The notes under the pieces are model-generated. The model was not told where the DNA came from. It made no database searches and saw nothing but the letters and a program-made list of their open reading frames with translations. A program made the position numbers and the translations under genes. A stretch of 64,000 nt of DNA, from assembly GCA_964016885.1 (NCBI GenBank), contig OZ024743.1, positions 253,518,001-253,582,000 on the forward strand, given 5' to 3'. This DNA comes from Eledone cirrhosa (Eukaryota). Of this stretch, positions 42,127 to 55,561 are shown piece after piece; the first letter of the stretch is position 1; every line of letters starts with the position of its first letter.

Positions 42127-42152
42127 GTATAAAAATCAATACAATATAATTA

Positions 42153-42222
42153 CCTCATTACCAGAGGTTTCCCGAATGAGGCGAATACGAAAGAAGCGTC
42201 TTCATTCGTTCGTCAGACGAGG
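42153..42222 (-). ncRNA. Type I HHR
   Basis: cctcgt-CTGACGA-acgaatga...tcattcgg-GAAA-cc(tct)gg-TA-atgagg; neighbouring 42310-42560 resembles the family C 3' UTR. Confidence 0.78.
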
Positions 42223-42995
42223 CAATATAAAACATGGGTAAATACTTGGAAAGTCTCGTCAAGAAAATCAAAAAAAAAAATATATATAGACAAATGAATT
42301 AGAATATGAAATATATAATAATCTTTCAAGAAATATAGTTAGGTGTGTGTATATGTATGTATATACGCTCACAGATGTGCATATATGTGTATGCACATAT
42401 GTATACGTATAGTGAAAAAGTGTGTGTAAATCTAAAATTTAGGGCAAATGTATCTGTATGTCTGTAATCTACAGACAGAATAGTTACATCATAAGTATAT
42501 GAATATGAAGGCGCGCGCATAAACACACCTACACACACGTACACTTAGATGCGGAAGTAAAAGAGGTAAGGGAGTGTAATAATTAAAGGAAAGTATCAAT
42601 CTCGATATATTTATAAAAATGGAAAAATAATTTAGAAAGAAAAATTGTAGAAAGAAAAAATTAAAGAAAAAAAGACAAAAAAGGGTACATACATACACAG
42701 ACACGCATATCTCACAAAAGAAACGCAAACATATACATGCTTATATACACACGCACACTTACACATCCATACGTTCGATACGTACACACACACACACACA
42801 CACACATACTTACACTCACGCATATTGACCTGTTTGCATGCACACGCATAAAAATGAGTAAGTAAAAAAAGGGGGGGAGAATAAAAAAGGAACAAAACAT
42901 AAAACCTAGATGTCAAAACACGGATATAAAGACATATACACATACGCATACACATATACATACACACACACATACATATATACTTATATACATAT

Positions 42996-43041
<46 letters not shown>

Positions 43042-43042
<1 letters not shown>

Positions 43043-43188
43043 GTAGGAGGTGAGTTCTATTGTAGTTCAATAAAGCAATGCAGATATCGGATAAGAAGCA
43101 CTCTACAGTTTGTAGGACTGGAGTATACATAAATATATAAGATCAAAAGATGGTTAATGAGTTCCATGTATTTTATTATGCGCATTTC
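43042..43188 (-). mobile_element. Family B pLTR fragment starting at the HHR GAAA
   Basis: Reverse complement of 19495-19639; (TA)n on both sides. Confidence 0.8.
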
Positions 43189-43224
<36 letters not shown>

Positions 43225-43651
43225 CACGCGCGCGCACATACGTAGTCGCTCATGTACGTATATAGAAAGTATACACACATTAAGGCGTTCAGCCATATTG
43301 ATACAGGGTGTAAAAAACTTGTGGGTAAGTAAGTACAAATATAAAATTGTAAGATTGGCTGCGCAAAAATAAAAAAAAATAAAAAATAAAAATAAAAATG
43401 AAAAATATATCTGGATTGGAAAACACAAATGACAGTTTAATCAGTTAGAGAAGGAAAAAGGGAAGTAAAAAAAGGGGAAGTAAAAAATGGAAAGTGAATC
43501 GGAGAATAAAGGGGGGGGGGGGTTATTGGTGGATGTGAAGTAAAAATAAAAATTAAAAAAAATAAATAAAAATAAAAATAAATGAAATTAATGACAAGGG
43601 TAAAAATGAAAGTAAGTCAGAAAGGGTAATTAAAAAGAGAATAATAAGAGT

Positions 43652-44053
43652 TTATGGAGGATAAGTATCTGAAAGTGTGTTAAGTTTATATGAGCTGGAA
43701 AGCAGGTGTGATCTCATGTGTGGGCAACTGGTGAAAATTTCCGTCTTTGTGTTCAGGCAGGTCTTTGGTGATTTTAGATTTTGCAATATCCAATATTTTT
43801 CATTTATGCAGAGCGTGCATTTTCTTGTTCCTCTAGCATATTCTTTAGATTGGTTCAAAATTGACCAATCTAATTTATATTGGATGCCTTGGTCTTTCAA
43901 ATCCCAAATTCTGCTAGCCAGAGTTGTTGTAAATCTGTTTTCTGGATGTCGAAAGGATGCGACATGTGAGTAATAACGCGTTTTGAATTTGTCTTGCGTC
44001 ATACCCACATATCGTTCACTGGTGGCTGGATGGTTATTGCTGATTGTTGTCAC
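43652..44053 (-). CDS. Penelope GIY-YIG endonuclease (partial)
   Basis: YVG, R, E and N catalytic-type motifs and a terminal C.H. Confidence 0.82.
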   Translation of the reverse strand: MTTISNNHPATSERYVGMTQDKFKTRYYSHVASFRHPENRFTTTLASRIWDLKDQGIQYKLDWSILNQSKEYARGTRKCTLCINEKYWILQNLKSPKTCLNTKTEIFTSCPHMRSHLLSSSYKLNTLSDTYPP

Positions 44054-45298
44054 TTTAGCCGCATATACAATGACTTTGGTGTTGCATTTACCTTGTAATG
44101 GGCATTCACTTTTGATTCTACAGGAGCAAGTTTGATTTTCTCTAGGTGATATTTTGTTGAGGATATAGGACTTAATAGGGGGACCGCAGGAATAGCTAAT
44201 TTGACACAGTTTCTGTTAAAGATCTTATAGTATCTATGTGTTCTAGGGAAATGTTTATCTAGGAGCTCAAGGAATGTTTTGCCTACATTAGTTTTAACTG
44301 CTAAAGAGTAGGGGGGTGTGAACCAGATTATTTTTCTTTTCCTGTTTTTATGTTTAATAGAGTTAGTAGAGTTGGGTATGTATTTAATCGGTTCGCTAAA
44401 ACCGCTATTTTGGAGGGCTTTATTATAGTAGGGGGATGCCTTATTAAAAATAGCTTCTGAGGAAGAGAGGGTGGAGATCCTACGGCTAATATTAGGGATA
44501 AGGTTTTTAAAAACTATAGGTGGATGGCAAGATCCTTTATTTATATATTTTAAGTTCTCATTAGGTTTATGGTATGGTTTATAAGAAGCAGTAGGCAAAT
44601 CTAGGTTTATATCTAGGAAATCTACGTTGGAAAGGTTAGTGTCAATAGTAATTTTAAGATTAAAACTAGCGAAGATTTTTATTAAGTCTTTCCTTAATCT
44701 ATCTAAGTTATGGCCTATGGTAGTATGGGAAAGTATTAGACCATCGTCGCGATAAAGCCCAAAAATATGGTTAGGAAATTTTTCTTTAAGTATATGTAAG
44801 AGGAATAGGCCGAACAGATCACAAACATCAGCACTGTCGTAAGATCCCATTGAGACATCGAATGGGTTCTCTGGGTTAGATATTTTTACCCAAGTGTCAT
44901 TATCATTAAAAAGTAGAGTGTTCCTAGCATGCAAGATGCCATTCTCTTCAATATCGGAGATATTAGTAAACCCTCTAGCGAAATTTAAAGCTTTCGCTAA
45001 AAGGGTCTGAGTGATAGATGGGTAGAAATCTACAATGTCAAATTGGGTGAATCTAGAACTATTTTTGTTTTTAATATTATTAAACCAATGTACTACGGAA
45101 GAGCTATTTATCCATTGGAGTAATTTAGACTTACTTCTAATGTGTGTATTTAATTTATTTAAATTTTTTTTGCTGGCAAGACCAATATCAGTCTTAGCAG
45201 GGTTGATTAATCTACAACTAGGACGATTAATAAAGTCGGGTTTATGATCTTTAAGGGTGATATACGCAGAACGTTTAGCAAGTTTTTCTGTCCTATTA

Positions 45299-45300
<2 letters not shown>
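44050..45300 (-). CDS. Penelope reverse transcriptase (partial; listed ORF start lies in a microsatellite)
   Basis: RT motifs including YRDD. Confidence 0.85.
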
Positions 45301-45371
<71 letters not shown>

Positions 45372-45624
45372 ATATATATATATACATGTGTGTGTATAAA
45401 TATATATATATGTATATATATATGTATATATATATATATGTATATATGTATATGTATATATATATATTTAGTTGTTATATAGTAAGGTGTTTTATTGGTT
45501 GTGTCAAACGGTCCAATAACATTTTTGTTAGCAATATTAAGTTCTCCATGCTTTTGTATATCTCCAATTCCATTTATGGGAACATCTAGATGATGTAAAA
45601 CGGAGTATTTGTATCAAATAAAGT

Positions 45625-45951
45625 TCCGAAGGCATGGTATGAAATTCCAATCATTTTAATCACGACACATGTTTCAACAAGAGATAGATCGATCGTGTAG
45701 CCATGATCGATTATCACAGATCTCGTCAGAAAATTAACGGTATTCACTCACAGAGTTTAGTCTCTCATATGAGGGACTAAACTCTGTGAGTGAACACCGT
45801 TAATTTTCTCCCTCATATCAAGGATTTGAAGACAATTCATTTTCACCTGACGAGATCAGTGATAATCGATCATGGCTACGCCATCGATCTATCTCTTATT
45901 GAAACATGTGTCGTGATTAAAATGATTGGAAATTCATACCATGCCTTCGGA
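45625..45951. mobile_element. Fold-back element with HHR arms
   Basis: Outer arms 45625-45730/45847-45951; inner hairpin with a stem of about 40 bp centred on catatg about 45768; plus arm tcac-CTGACGA...GAAA-catgtg-TC-gtga at 45843-45916. Confidence 0.8.
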
Positions 45952-46116
45952 TCTGTATTTTTATATATATATATATTTTGGTTTGAAGGTTCACCACTGG
46001 ATAGAGCTGGTCATTCCGTATGGTCAATCTTGATGTAATAATATGGAGAGTAATCAACGTAAAGCAGCTCAACCGTCTTCGTTTGTGTAGTTGGTGGTGC
46101 GAGTACGGAGTTAAAT

Positions 46117-46377
46117 ATTATAACAAAGTAACAGTAGGCTGGACTTGTGTAAATCCTTGAAAGGTTTATTATACTATGATCATTTCAATGACCGGGTTCC
46201 GTATGACTCCGGTGATATCATTAGGTATTCGAAGTATAATTTATTTCATTTATTATATTTAGAAAACCTGATGATATCACCGGATTCATACGGAACGAGG
46301 TCATTGAAATTATCATAGTACAATAAACCTTTCAAGGATTTACACAAGTCTAACCTCCTGTTATTTTGTTATTATAT
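46117..46377. mobile_element. Palindrome of about 260 bp carrying divergent HHRs on both strands
   Basis: Minus 46171-46228: atac-CTaATGA..GAAA-tgatca-TA-gtat; plus 46264-46321: aaac-CTGATGA..GAAA-ttatca-TA-gtac. Confidence 0.82.
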
Positions 46378-46428
46378 AGTACCAGTAATACACTAGCTAA
46401 ATGCTGGCCTTGTGCCAAAAGTAGAAAC

Positions 46429-46476
<48 letters not shown>

Positions 46477-46898
46477 GTGTGTATAGATATGTAATATATA
46501 TACAAACATGAATACATAAATACATACATACATGCAGATATACATTCATACATATATACATAGATATATATGTTTACCTAATTTTTTATAGCAAACAAGA
46601 TAAATAAAGGCTCAAAGCCAGCTGTCGACTAGATATGGTATAGATGAAGTCACAAGTTGCCTGAAGGCTGTTAATGTAATATAGACTTATTTGAGGAAAT
46701 CTCAGGACATAGAAGATTGTCCTCCCGCATTATATTTATTTCATGGAGATCTCTCTTCAGGTAAAAATATCACTATTTCTATGGCTCTTATTAATAGCGC
46801 TTCTCGCTACACTTCTATATTGATGCATGGTTCTAGCATAATGATAAGAAAACATATATCTTGTTTCATCATCATCATCGTTAGACCATATACACAGA

Positions 46899-46945
<47 letters not shown>

Positions 46946-46946
46946 G

Positions 46947-47038
<92 letters not shown>

Positions 47039-47169
47039 TGAGTGTGTGTATGTGATTGTGTGTAAATATATATATATACATTATATATATAAATATGTTT
47101 ATTTATATATACACATACACATATATACATATATATAAATATATCTATATATATATATATATATATATA

Positions 47170-47244
<75 letters not shown>

Positions 47245-47277
47245 CATACATACATATATATATCTTTATATATACAT

Positions 47278-47325
<48 letters not shown>

Positions 47326-47336
47326 CTCTGCATAAT

Positions 47337-47454
<118 letters not shown>

Positions 47455-47917
47455 CACGGCCCTCATGAATATGTTTGCACATAACAAATATTCTTTCGTA
47501 AATATGTCTATTGTACAAACATGCTACCAAATAAAATGATATCACAGTTTAAAGATCTTACTATTTTCTTCTTCTGAGCTTCACAAGTATTTCTTTGTAA
47601 GATCACAAATCTACATAAGATATAATTTCATCAACGTCTTACGGCGTGCATATGTGTATTTGTGTATGCACGCACGCCTACACATAAATACATATAAATA
47701 TATATATAATATTGATGAGGGTTTTTGTGTAGTTAGTATTGTCAAAAGTTAACAAATCAGTATAGGTTATATTTGCCCAACATTATCATTGGTACATAAA
47801 TATTTTATATATATGTGTGTGTCTGTATATGTTAGTGTGTCTGTGTATATATATATATGTCTGTGTGGGTGTGTGTGTGTGTATTTGTGTGTGTGTGTGT
47901 GCATGTGTTGTGAGTAT

Positions 47918-48725
47918 AATAGTGGCCACACGGCCTTCGCCCCTGTCTGTACTTTGCTCAAATTTATTCATAAGGCAATTATTGTCATCTGACATAATGT
48001 CCATTTTCTTTACAATGAAAGACGCTAAAAGGTATTTAAATATACCATAACATAATCTTAAAGAAAATATGTAGATTATCCAAATACAGAATATAATACA
48101 GAAAATAATAGAAAAATATATTCTACGAAAATTATAAAGCAATAATTACAGAACATCAGTATAAACAGTGTTTTAACTTTTTTATCTTTTTAGCATATAT
48201 GAAGGGTTCGGGGTGTCGTCCTAGTGTGGAACAATCTACATACAATTGGCTATGTGAGAAACAACCCTCTTCTAGATGGAGACCAACAACGTGTAATGTT
48301 TGACCTTGAGACTTATTGACTCTCACGGGTATTCGCAATCTTTTGAAACGAAATTGGATATCTGTTGGGATTAACGATATTCTAAATATAAATGCGATGT
48401 CCCCTTTATCACATCCAGTGAGGATTTGGGCTTCGATAATATGAGGCTGCCTTTCAGTCACAATCATATGCACCCCATTGCACAATCTTGGCTGATTTAG
48501 AGATCTGAGGAGCAGGTTGATTTGCCCTTTTTAAAGTTAAGTTTGTTTCGTAGCTTATGGGACGGTTCCAGAATGTTGCGAATTTCAACGGGATAATGAA
48601 CAGCTTCGTCTTCGTTGACAATTTTGTTGATATGTCTATTGGTCTCGCTACCTCCAGGAATCATTTGTGATATATTCTGTTGATGGCCTTACTGTGATGT
48701 TCTTGAGAACAAGAATTGCACTTTC
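47918..48725 (-). mobile_element. Helitron 3' fragment (Pif1-type helicase C-terminus and terminus)
   Basis: AIL..KN, DEAVHYPVE, LCNG, FRFKRL.IPVR..NKSQGQTL..VGL.L...CFSH.QLYV; terminal ggggcgaaggccgtgtggccactat resembles the hairpin+CTAG end. Confidence 0.82.
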
Positions 48726-48729
48726 ATAA

Positions 48730-48930
48730 AACTGTCGGTTTTGTCGGAGTACCGGTTCTTCGGTACTCGGGTATCGTATTGCGGAGTTGTTATTTGAATC
48801 TGTTGCTGAGGTGCTTCAACGTAACTCCGTTGACCAGGCTGAATAGGTACACCTCAAACGGTGAGAACAGAGGGTTCGGCTGAGGTGCCCTGTAGGTTTT
48901 GAAGCCGTATTTATCCTTTTGGTCAAGCTC
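48730..48930 (-). pseudogene. Penelope ORF N-terminal relic
   Basis: YGFKT..P..L.PFE..L..LV....N.F and SDKT motifs typical of the region upstream of Penelope RT. Confidence 0.6.
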
Positions 48931-49318
48931 CTGGGTATTGCAGCGTCTGTCATAAAAGCATGTGCACCATCCTAGGATGACCAGGCAGACACACCTGGAT
49001 GCGCACATAGACGTACACATGCATATAAACACTCACAACTACTCCCTAACCATAAAGAAATTAACACTTGGATGAAGAGAATTTATAATTGGATAAATAA
49101 TGCATGCCCTTATTTGGACATACCACACCCCTGATGGTACAGCCAGTAAACCACTAAACCAAACCCTTAGGCAGTCAATAACGAACTAGCTGTCCAAAAG
49201 GAAAGAGCTCAGCCAACGGGTCTCGACTCATTATGATATGTATATATATATATACACACACATATATATATAAATATATATATATATATGTGTGTATATA
49301 TATATACATATATATATA

Positions 49319-49405
<87 letters not shown>

Positions 49406-49422
49406 ATATAGGAACCAGTAAG

Positions 49423-49516
49423 ACCCCGACAGCTGAGCTCAAGCCGTTTCGATGGCTAATTCTGGACTAAATGAAAATTTATCCTGGTATTTAAATAGCC
49501 GATCTTCTCAAGGGGT
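49423..49516 (-). ncRNA. Type I HHR with U3-A8 variant core (family A, sense arm)
   Basis: acccc-TTGAGAA-gatcggcta...tagccatc-GAAA-cggct(tgagctc)agctg-TC-ggggt. Confidence 0.72.
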
Positions 49517-50821
49517 AATTCCATATATGGTCAAAGTGATTGTCAAAAATCAGTAGTAATTCTGTGGTTGCAAATTAGTAGGGGTGATGGTGGCTGAACC
49601 TGCCAGTAGGAGAAAGAGGGGAGGTGGTGGAGTAGACCCAATCAAGCGTTGGTAGTGCCAGCTACAGCTGGGCATGAGGTCAAAGAAGATACAGAGGAGG
49701 GGGAGGGGGAGGAAGTCGGAACGGTAGGTAGAACAATGGGGGGTAGAAATATATAGGAAAGAAAAAATACTGAGAGTGAAGAAAAGCAAATAAGTGTAAA
49801 GAAAAAAGTAAAGTAAATTAAATTCTACGACCTAGGTCTCAGGCTATTGTTAGGCTAGAATAAAATAAAGAAAGAAAGAAAGAAGTAAAGACAGAAATAA
49901 ATAAAGAAATAACGAAATAAGTAAAAGAACTAGGTGGGACGGATTAGGCAAGGACTCTTTTAAGAGGTATAAGTACGTAAATGATACGGTGACGGGTCAA
50001 CAAAAGGGGCCGAAATACTAAAGAGACTACCACGAAATAAACAATAAAGGTTTCCATCCCGGGCCAGCAACGACCCAGTGCAGCAAAGTGAACTTGTACG
50101 AGATAATAATTCTGAGTCCCGAGAAAATTATATACTAATGCTAACTCTATAAGATCTAAAACAAGCTACATGAAAGTTCGTACGAAATAAAGGTAGAATA
50201 CGGAGAAATAAATTCAGAATCCACCCCGCCCAGAAGAAAAGCGAAGCAAGAAATACTGAAACGAAAAAATAAGGCATAAGTGCCACTAAGAAATATAGAG
50301 GGCACAGAGAATAGTGGGAGCGGTCGGAAAAAGGGGGCAAGTATCCGGGGTCTAAGCCAACTGCTATAAAGGGCGGAGTCCGCCAAATCTATCATAGACT
50401 AGGGGAGGGGGGGGGGGGGGTACTAAGGCTACATGGGGCCAAAGGGCAGCCTCGGGTGGGCGAGAAAAGACGCCGACAAAGGAGAAGAGCTGGGGTAGAA
50501 GGACTAAGGAGAGAGGGGGGAAGGAAATAAAGGAAGCGATAAAAGAATACAAAGAAGATCTTACGTCTTCCTTGGCAAGCAGGGGTTACCCATTGCAAAA
50601 TCGGCAAGTGGGGTGTTATAGCCCTAGTCTGCCCCCCCCCCCCCCCGGGTCATTATGGGGTTTGAGTGCGAGGTAAGTCCTACGCAATCTATGTTTACAT
50701 GCAGTGACCAGTTCATCTTTCTTGTTTAGGAGTTGGTCCGTCGAAAACAGCATTTGTAAAGTTTTGTAAACCACAGAATTACTACTGATTTTTGACAATC
50801 ACTTTGACCATATATGGAATA

Positions 50822-50915
50822 ACCCCTTGAGAAGATCGGCTATTTAAATACCAGGATAAATTTTCATTTAGTCCAGAATTAGCCGTCGAAACGGCTTGAG
50901 CTCAGCTGTCGGGGT
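50822..50915 (+). ncRNA. Type I HHR with U3-A8 variant core (family A, inverted arm)
   Basis: acccc-TTGAGAA-gatcggcta...tagccgtc-GAAA-cggct(tgagctc)agctg-TC-ggggt. Confidence 0.75.
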
Positions 50916-51006
50916 CTTACTGGTTCCTATTACCCACTCTACTACCTCAAGTATTGAGTACTTTGGTGCGTTATGGTCCACCTGGTTCCTTACCACATTT
51001 CCTTCG

Positions 51007-51074
<68 letters not shown>

Positions 51075-51100
51075 TATATATATATATGTATATATATATG

Positions 51101-51212
<112 letters not shown>

Positions 51213-51237
51213 TATATATATGTGTATATATATATAT

Positions 51238-51277
<40 letters not shown>

Positions 51278-51298
51278 TATATATATGTGTATATATAT

Positions 51299-51360
<62 letters not shown>

Positions 51361-51493
51361 GTAATAAGAATATTTATATTTATATATGTTTGATATAACT
51401 ATAAATATGTAGGGTAGTACTAAGTACTAGCCAGTTACCGGTATGACAAAAAGCTCGATGCCTATTTTCAAGTGTTTTACAGAGCCGAGATAC

Positions 51494-52395
51494 AAAGTGT
51501 TAAAACGATCAAATTTTAGTTTAGAACATTTATTAGCTGACAATTGTTTCTTCCAGAGGGAAGTCTAGCCTCATCGGAGCATAAGGAATGTCGAAACATG
51601 TAATTAAAATCCTAGCCATTTCGAACATTTAGGGTGCATAATTGTTATTAGTATCAAAGGCATCATGTGGAGAGTCACGAGTTAAAAAGATGTTCTGCTT
51701 GAAAGAACACAATTACAGGCAGCACTGGTTGGAAGTGTAATAGGGATAAGTAAAAAGCACAGGCAAAAAGGTTATAAGCAAGGAAAATTGGTGTACAATG
51801 CAGGACTCAATACAGTCAATAATGCATGTATGAGGAAAGAGTTATAATGCAGTTGAAATAAACATATTTTGTGTGGGGTGTTAAAGCATATTATTTTTGT
51901 TATAAACATTTAAGATTGTGTGCAATTTGTTAGAGAGGCATGTGGTGATAATGTAGGTATTTGTTATGTAAGGTGTAATGCAAAGCACGTGATAGAGTTG
52001 GGTATGTGATTTTCATTTAAGTGTTTTTGTGTTGTAGTTCGTATTTATGTGTATGTGTTGTTTGTTACCCACAGCTATTAACCATGCGATTGTTTTTAGT
52101 CGTTTATATGCTTGTGATTTTTTTCTTATGATTTTTACTTTTACTTATCCCTATTACACTTCCAACCAGTGCTGCCTGTAATTGTGTTCTTTCAAGCAGA
52201 ACATCTTTTTAACTTCTGACTCTCCACATGATGCCTTTGACACTAATAACAACTATGTACCCTAAATGTTCTAGATGACTAGGATTTTAGTTACATGTTT
52301 CGACATTCCTTATGCTCCAATGAATCCAGACTTCCCTCTGGAAGAAACAATTGTCAGCAAATAAATGATCTAAACTAAAATTTGATCGTTTTAAC

Positions 52396-52400
<5 letters not shown>
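51494..52400. repeat. Inverted repeat, arms about 260 bp and spacer about 380 bp (probably Penelope-derived)
   Basis: 51494-51757 versus 52138-52400; arms contain ctgacaa...gtcGAAAcatgTA (imperfect HHR). Confidence 0.8.
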
Positions 52401-52473
<73 letters not shown>

Positions 52474-52475
<2 letters not shown>

Positions 52476-52632
52476 GAAGTGGTTACACAACAGTTAGTTC
52501 ACCATACCGAGAACCATTGTTTAACCTTAGCGGATCCTCACCTCGTAAACTCACGTTCCCACAAAACAGGATCCGCTAAGGTGAAACAATTGTTCTCGGT
52601 ATGGTAAACCAACTGTTGTGTAACTACTTCTA
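52474..52632. repeat. Fold-back of about 160 bp with an HHR 3' half
   Basis: tagaagtggttacacaacag.../...ctgttgtgtaactacttcta; contains GAAA-caattg-TT. Confidence 0.8.
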
Positions 52633-52827
52633 CCTAACTCGTCCCATGGACTGATTGCTCTACAACTACGGATATTACCATCTTGTTTTCTACCACTATA
52701 CATATATATATATCAAAGGCATGTATTGAGTTAGAAACTCAAAATAGTTTCATTACAATAAATTATCTCTAGGAAAGAGGTTTTTGCGAGCCGTATTATA
52801 TAACTGAACAAAAAAGATAAACGAACA

Positions 52828-53355
52828 CAGACATATACATATATGTGTTCAAATCGTAATGGACCAGATTCGCTAAGGTAAAAAGAATACTAAGTACATA
52901 CAATAGGGTTTGCTAGACTTAATTTAAGAATAAATCAAGAAAAATAAATACAAACCAGAATTTTAGTAACTACCAATCACCCCAACAGTTTTGATAATAC
53001 TGTTTCGCAATATTAATTGTGAAGAGGAATACCACAATTCTATCTCAACAGCGGGTGAAGAATTATTAGTATCCAGATCACTTCTAAACACATAAAAAAA
53101 CTGGATAGTGTGCGTATATATAACGCACATGTTTCCAGAACTTAGCGTGTCTCGCAGACTCACGCCACAATATTGCGAAACAGTATTGTCAAAACTGTCC
53201 GGGTTATCGGTAGTTACCGAAATTCTGGTTTGTATTTATTTTTCTTGATTTATACTTAAATTGAGTCTAGCAAACCCTATTGTCTGTAGTTAGTATTATT
53301 TTCACCTAAGCGAATCTGGTCCATTACGATTTGAACACATATATGTATATGTCTG
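52828..53355. repeat. Inverted repeat, arms about 185 bp, with an HHR-like 3' half
   Basis: 52828-53013 versus 53168-53355; gc-GAAA-cagtattg-TC. Confidence 0.8.
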
Positions 53356-53396
53356 GGTATATATATATATTATATATATATATGTATATAAATATT

Positions 53397-53476
<80 letters not shown>

Positions 53477-53969
53477 TATATATATATAGAGAGAGAGAGA
53501 TATAGATATAGATAGATAGAGAGAGAGAAAGAGAGAGAGAATTATATATATATCTGTGTGTATATATGCAAAGACATAAACAGACACACACACACTCACA
53601 TACACACATATATCTATATATATATGTATGTATATGTATATGTGTTTGTGTATGTATGTATATACATATGTTGTTTATTTCCATCTTCATGAGTATTTAC
53701 GTTTTATTTTGCTTAGTCTCACTCCGGAGATAGGTGAACATATGTCTTTGATGCTATGCCATTGTCTAGACATAACTGTTAAGAAGCTCCACGGCCTTTT
53801 ATGTTTTCTAACTTTACTACACTTGATTAATTCGCTGTCATAATGAATTAAGAAAACCTACTAATTGCTAAATCAATTAAACTGCTGCAAATTTCATATC
53901 AAATACACACCAACGATTTCTTACATACACACACAAATATGTTGTATGTATATATATATGAATATATAC

Positions 53970-54008
<39 letters not shown>

Positions 54009-54231
54009 TATATACGTGTATATATATATACACATTCATACTGATACTTATATATATATAAATTAAATTAACCGATATAAAAGACACAGAAGCGAAAACC
54101 AACCAAACAGTGAGTGTGTTCTGTTATTAATTATGGCAATATTATTACACAAATATGACCCTCCCCAAGTATAACAATATTTGTTTCGACACACGATTTC
54201 ATATCAAAAACCTGGCGAAACTAATTCATCG

Positions 54232-54417
54232 CCGTTGGTGGATTGGCAGTATCGGTAGAGGGTCGGACGTCATGCTTTCCAGCATAGTTACGTCCCTTTA
54301 CGATCTGAGTTCAAATCCCGCCGAGGTTGACTTTGCCTTTCATCCTTACGGGGTCGATAAAATAAAGTACCAGTAATGCACTGGGTAATTGCTGGCCTTG
54401 TGCCTAAAGTAGAAACA
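54232..54417 (+). mobile_element. SINE family 1, young full-length copy (others at about 2550, 4822, 7005, 21808, 23400, 40385, 46380, 54790)
   Basis: Pol III A/B-box-like head, core and tail nearly identical to 31708-31893. Confidence 0.88.
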
Positions 54418-54423
54418 GTTATA

Positions 54424-54454
<31 letters not shown>

Positions 54455-55144
54455 TCATATATCCAATCGTATGTTCTCGCATATATACATATATATATCT
54501 AGCCAGTTTTCTTATAATTCCATTACCACTTGGTATCTTTCAACAATGTCTACCTTTCTGCCATTAGATCGCTATATAACAACCCAATGTTTATGTATAC
54601 TCACTAAAGGAACTGTCTACGGAGTCCCTTGACTTCTTTTATTATTTGGTTGTGTTGATGATGATCGTGGTGATGACGTGAATGTGCCTCGTCAGTTTCG
54701 TTGTTGAGCAAATTTTTGTAAATTAAGTGCGAAGTTTTCCAGTATTCCCATGTGTACTCTTATTTGCGAATTGGAAGTCTTTATAACATTGGATAGAATG
54801 CTTTATGATATTTGTTCCGGCTCTCTGCACTCTGAGATCAAATCCTGCCGAGGTCAACTTTGCCTTTCATTCTTTCGAGGTCGATAAAATGATACCGGTC
54901 TAGTATTGGGTCGATTCTTCTTCTTTCTGGAAGAAATCTGATGTACTCTGGCCTGTAGAGACTTTGGCTCCGCCAGGCTTAAAATGCGCACAAAACGCCG
55001 TATATCAACACGGCCTCTCTACGATTCTATCTGAGTTACGGGACCATACATAAATATTCTTAACGCAATTTGCAAGTGGATACAGTGTGAGATGATATGT
55101 GACAATGTTGTACCTTTTATTAACAAGAACAGACCATTCATTAG

Positions 55145-55310
55145 GTTTAGGTTTCCACACATTTCCCGTTTACCGAATGCTATCCACAAGCCTTATGTCG
55201 ACCCGAGATCATGGTAATAGAGAGTTCACCAAGATAGCATGTAGTTGCAATGTTCAAGAACTGCAGGTTTGCGAAGGAAACTTCTAATCCACGTTGCCTG
55301 TGGTCACAGA
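55145..55310 (-). mobile_element. Degraded SINE of a third family
   Basis: Minus strand cttggtgaactctctattaccatgatctcgggtcgacataaggcttgtggatagcattcggtaaacgggaaa resembles a common cephalopod SINE body (from memory, unverified). Confidence 0.45.
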
Positions 55311-55528
55311 AGTAGATAAATAATTTTCATTTTCTTTAGGTTCGTGAACAATTTGAACCTGGTATCATAATCTAACGGTGCGTAGAGATCCGTATTGCTA
55401 TTACCCACCCACCTACTTACCAAAGTATCTTATCCTACCTACCTACCAATATTCCTACCTAAACCAACATACCTACCTCCTACCTATTTACATAGATACG
55501 TAACTGACATATATACATATATACACAT

Positions 55529-55561
<33 letters not shown>

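Larger units (their letters stand above)
43220..45300 (-). mobile_element. 5'-truncated Penelope-like element (RT and GIY-YIG)
   Basis: [10 protein letters not shown]...[49 protein letters not shown]; then [18 protein letters not shown]; a deletion/frameshift lies in the linker at about 44050-44190; 5' end abuts (TA)n. Confidence 0.93.
49410..51008 (-). mobile_element. 5'-truncated Penelope (family A): GIY-YIG tail, 3' UTR, pLTR and inverted pLTR
   Basis: LLNKKDELVTACKH at about 50690-50735 (-); 49410-49574 is the reverse complement of 50765-50930; (TA)n on both sides. Confidence 0.85.

Noticed and set aside
51530-51610. ctgacaa...gtcGAAAcatgTA as an active HHR
   Set aside because: C3-A8 mismatch in both arms, poor stem II closure and off-register stem I; kept only as a possible relic
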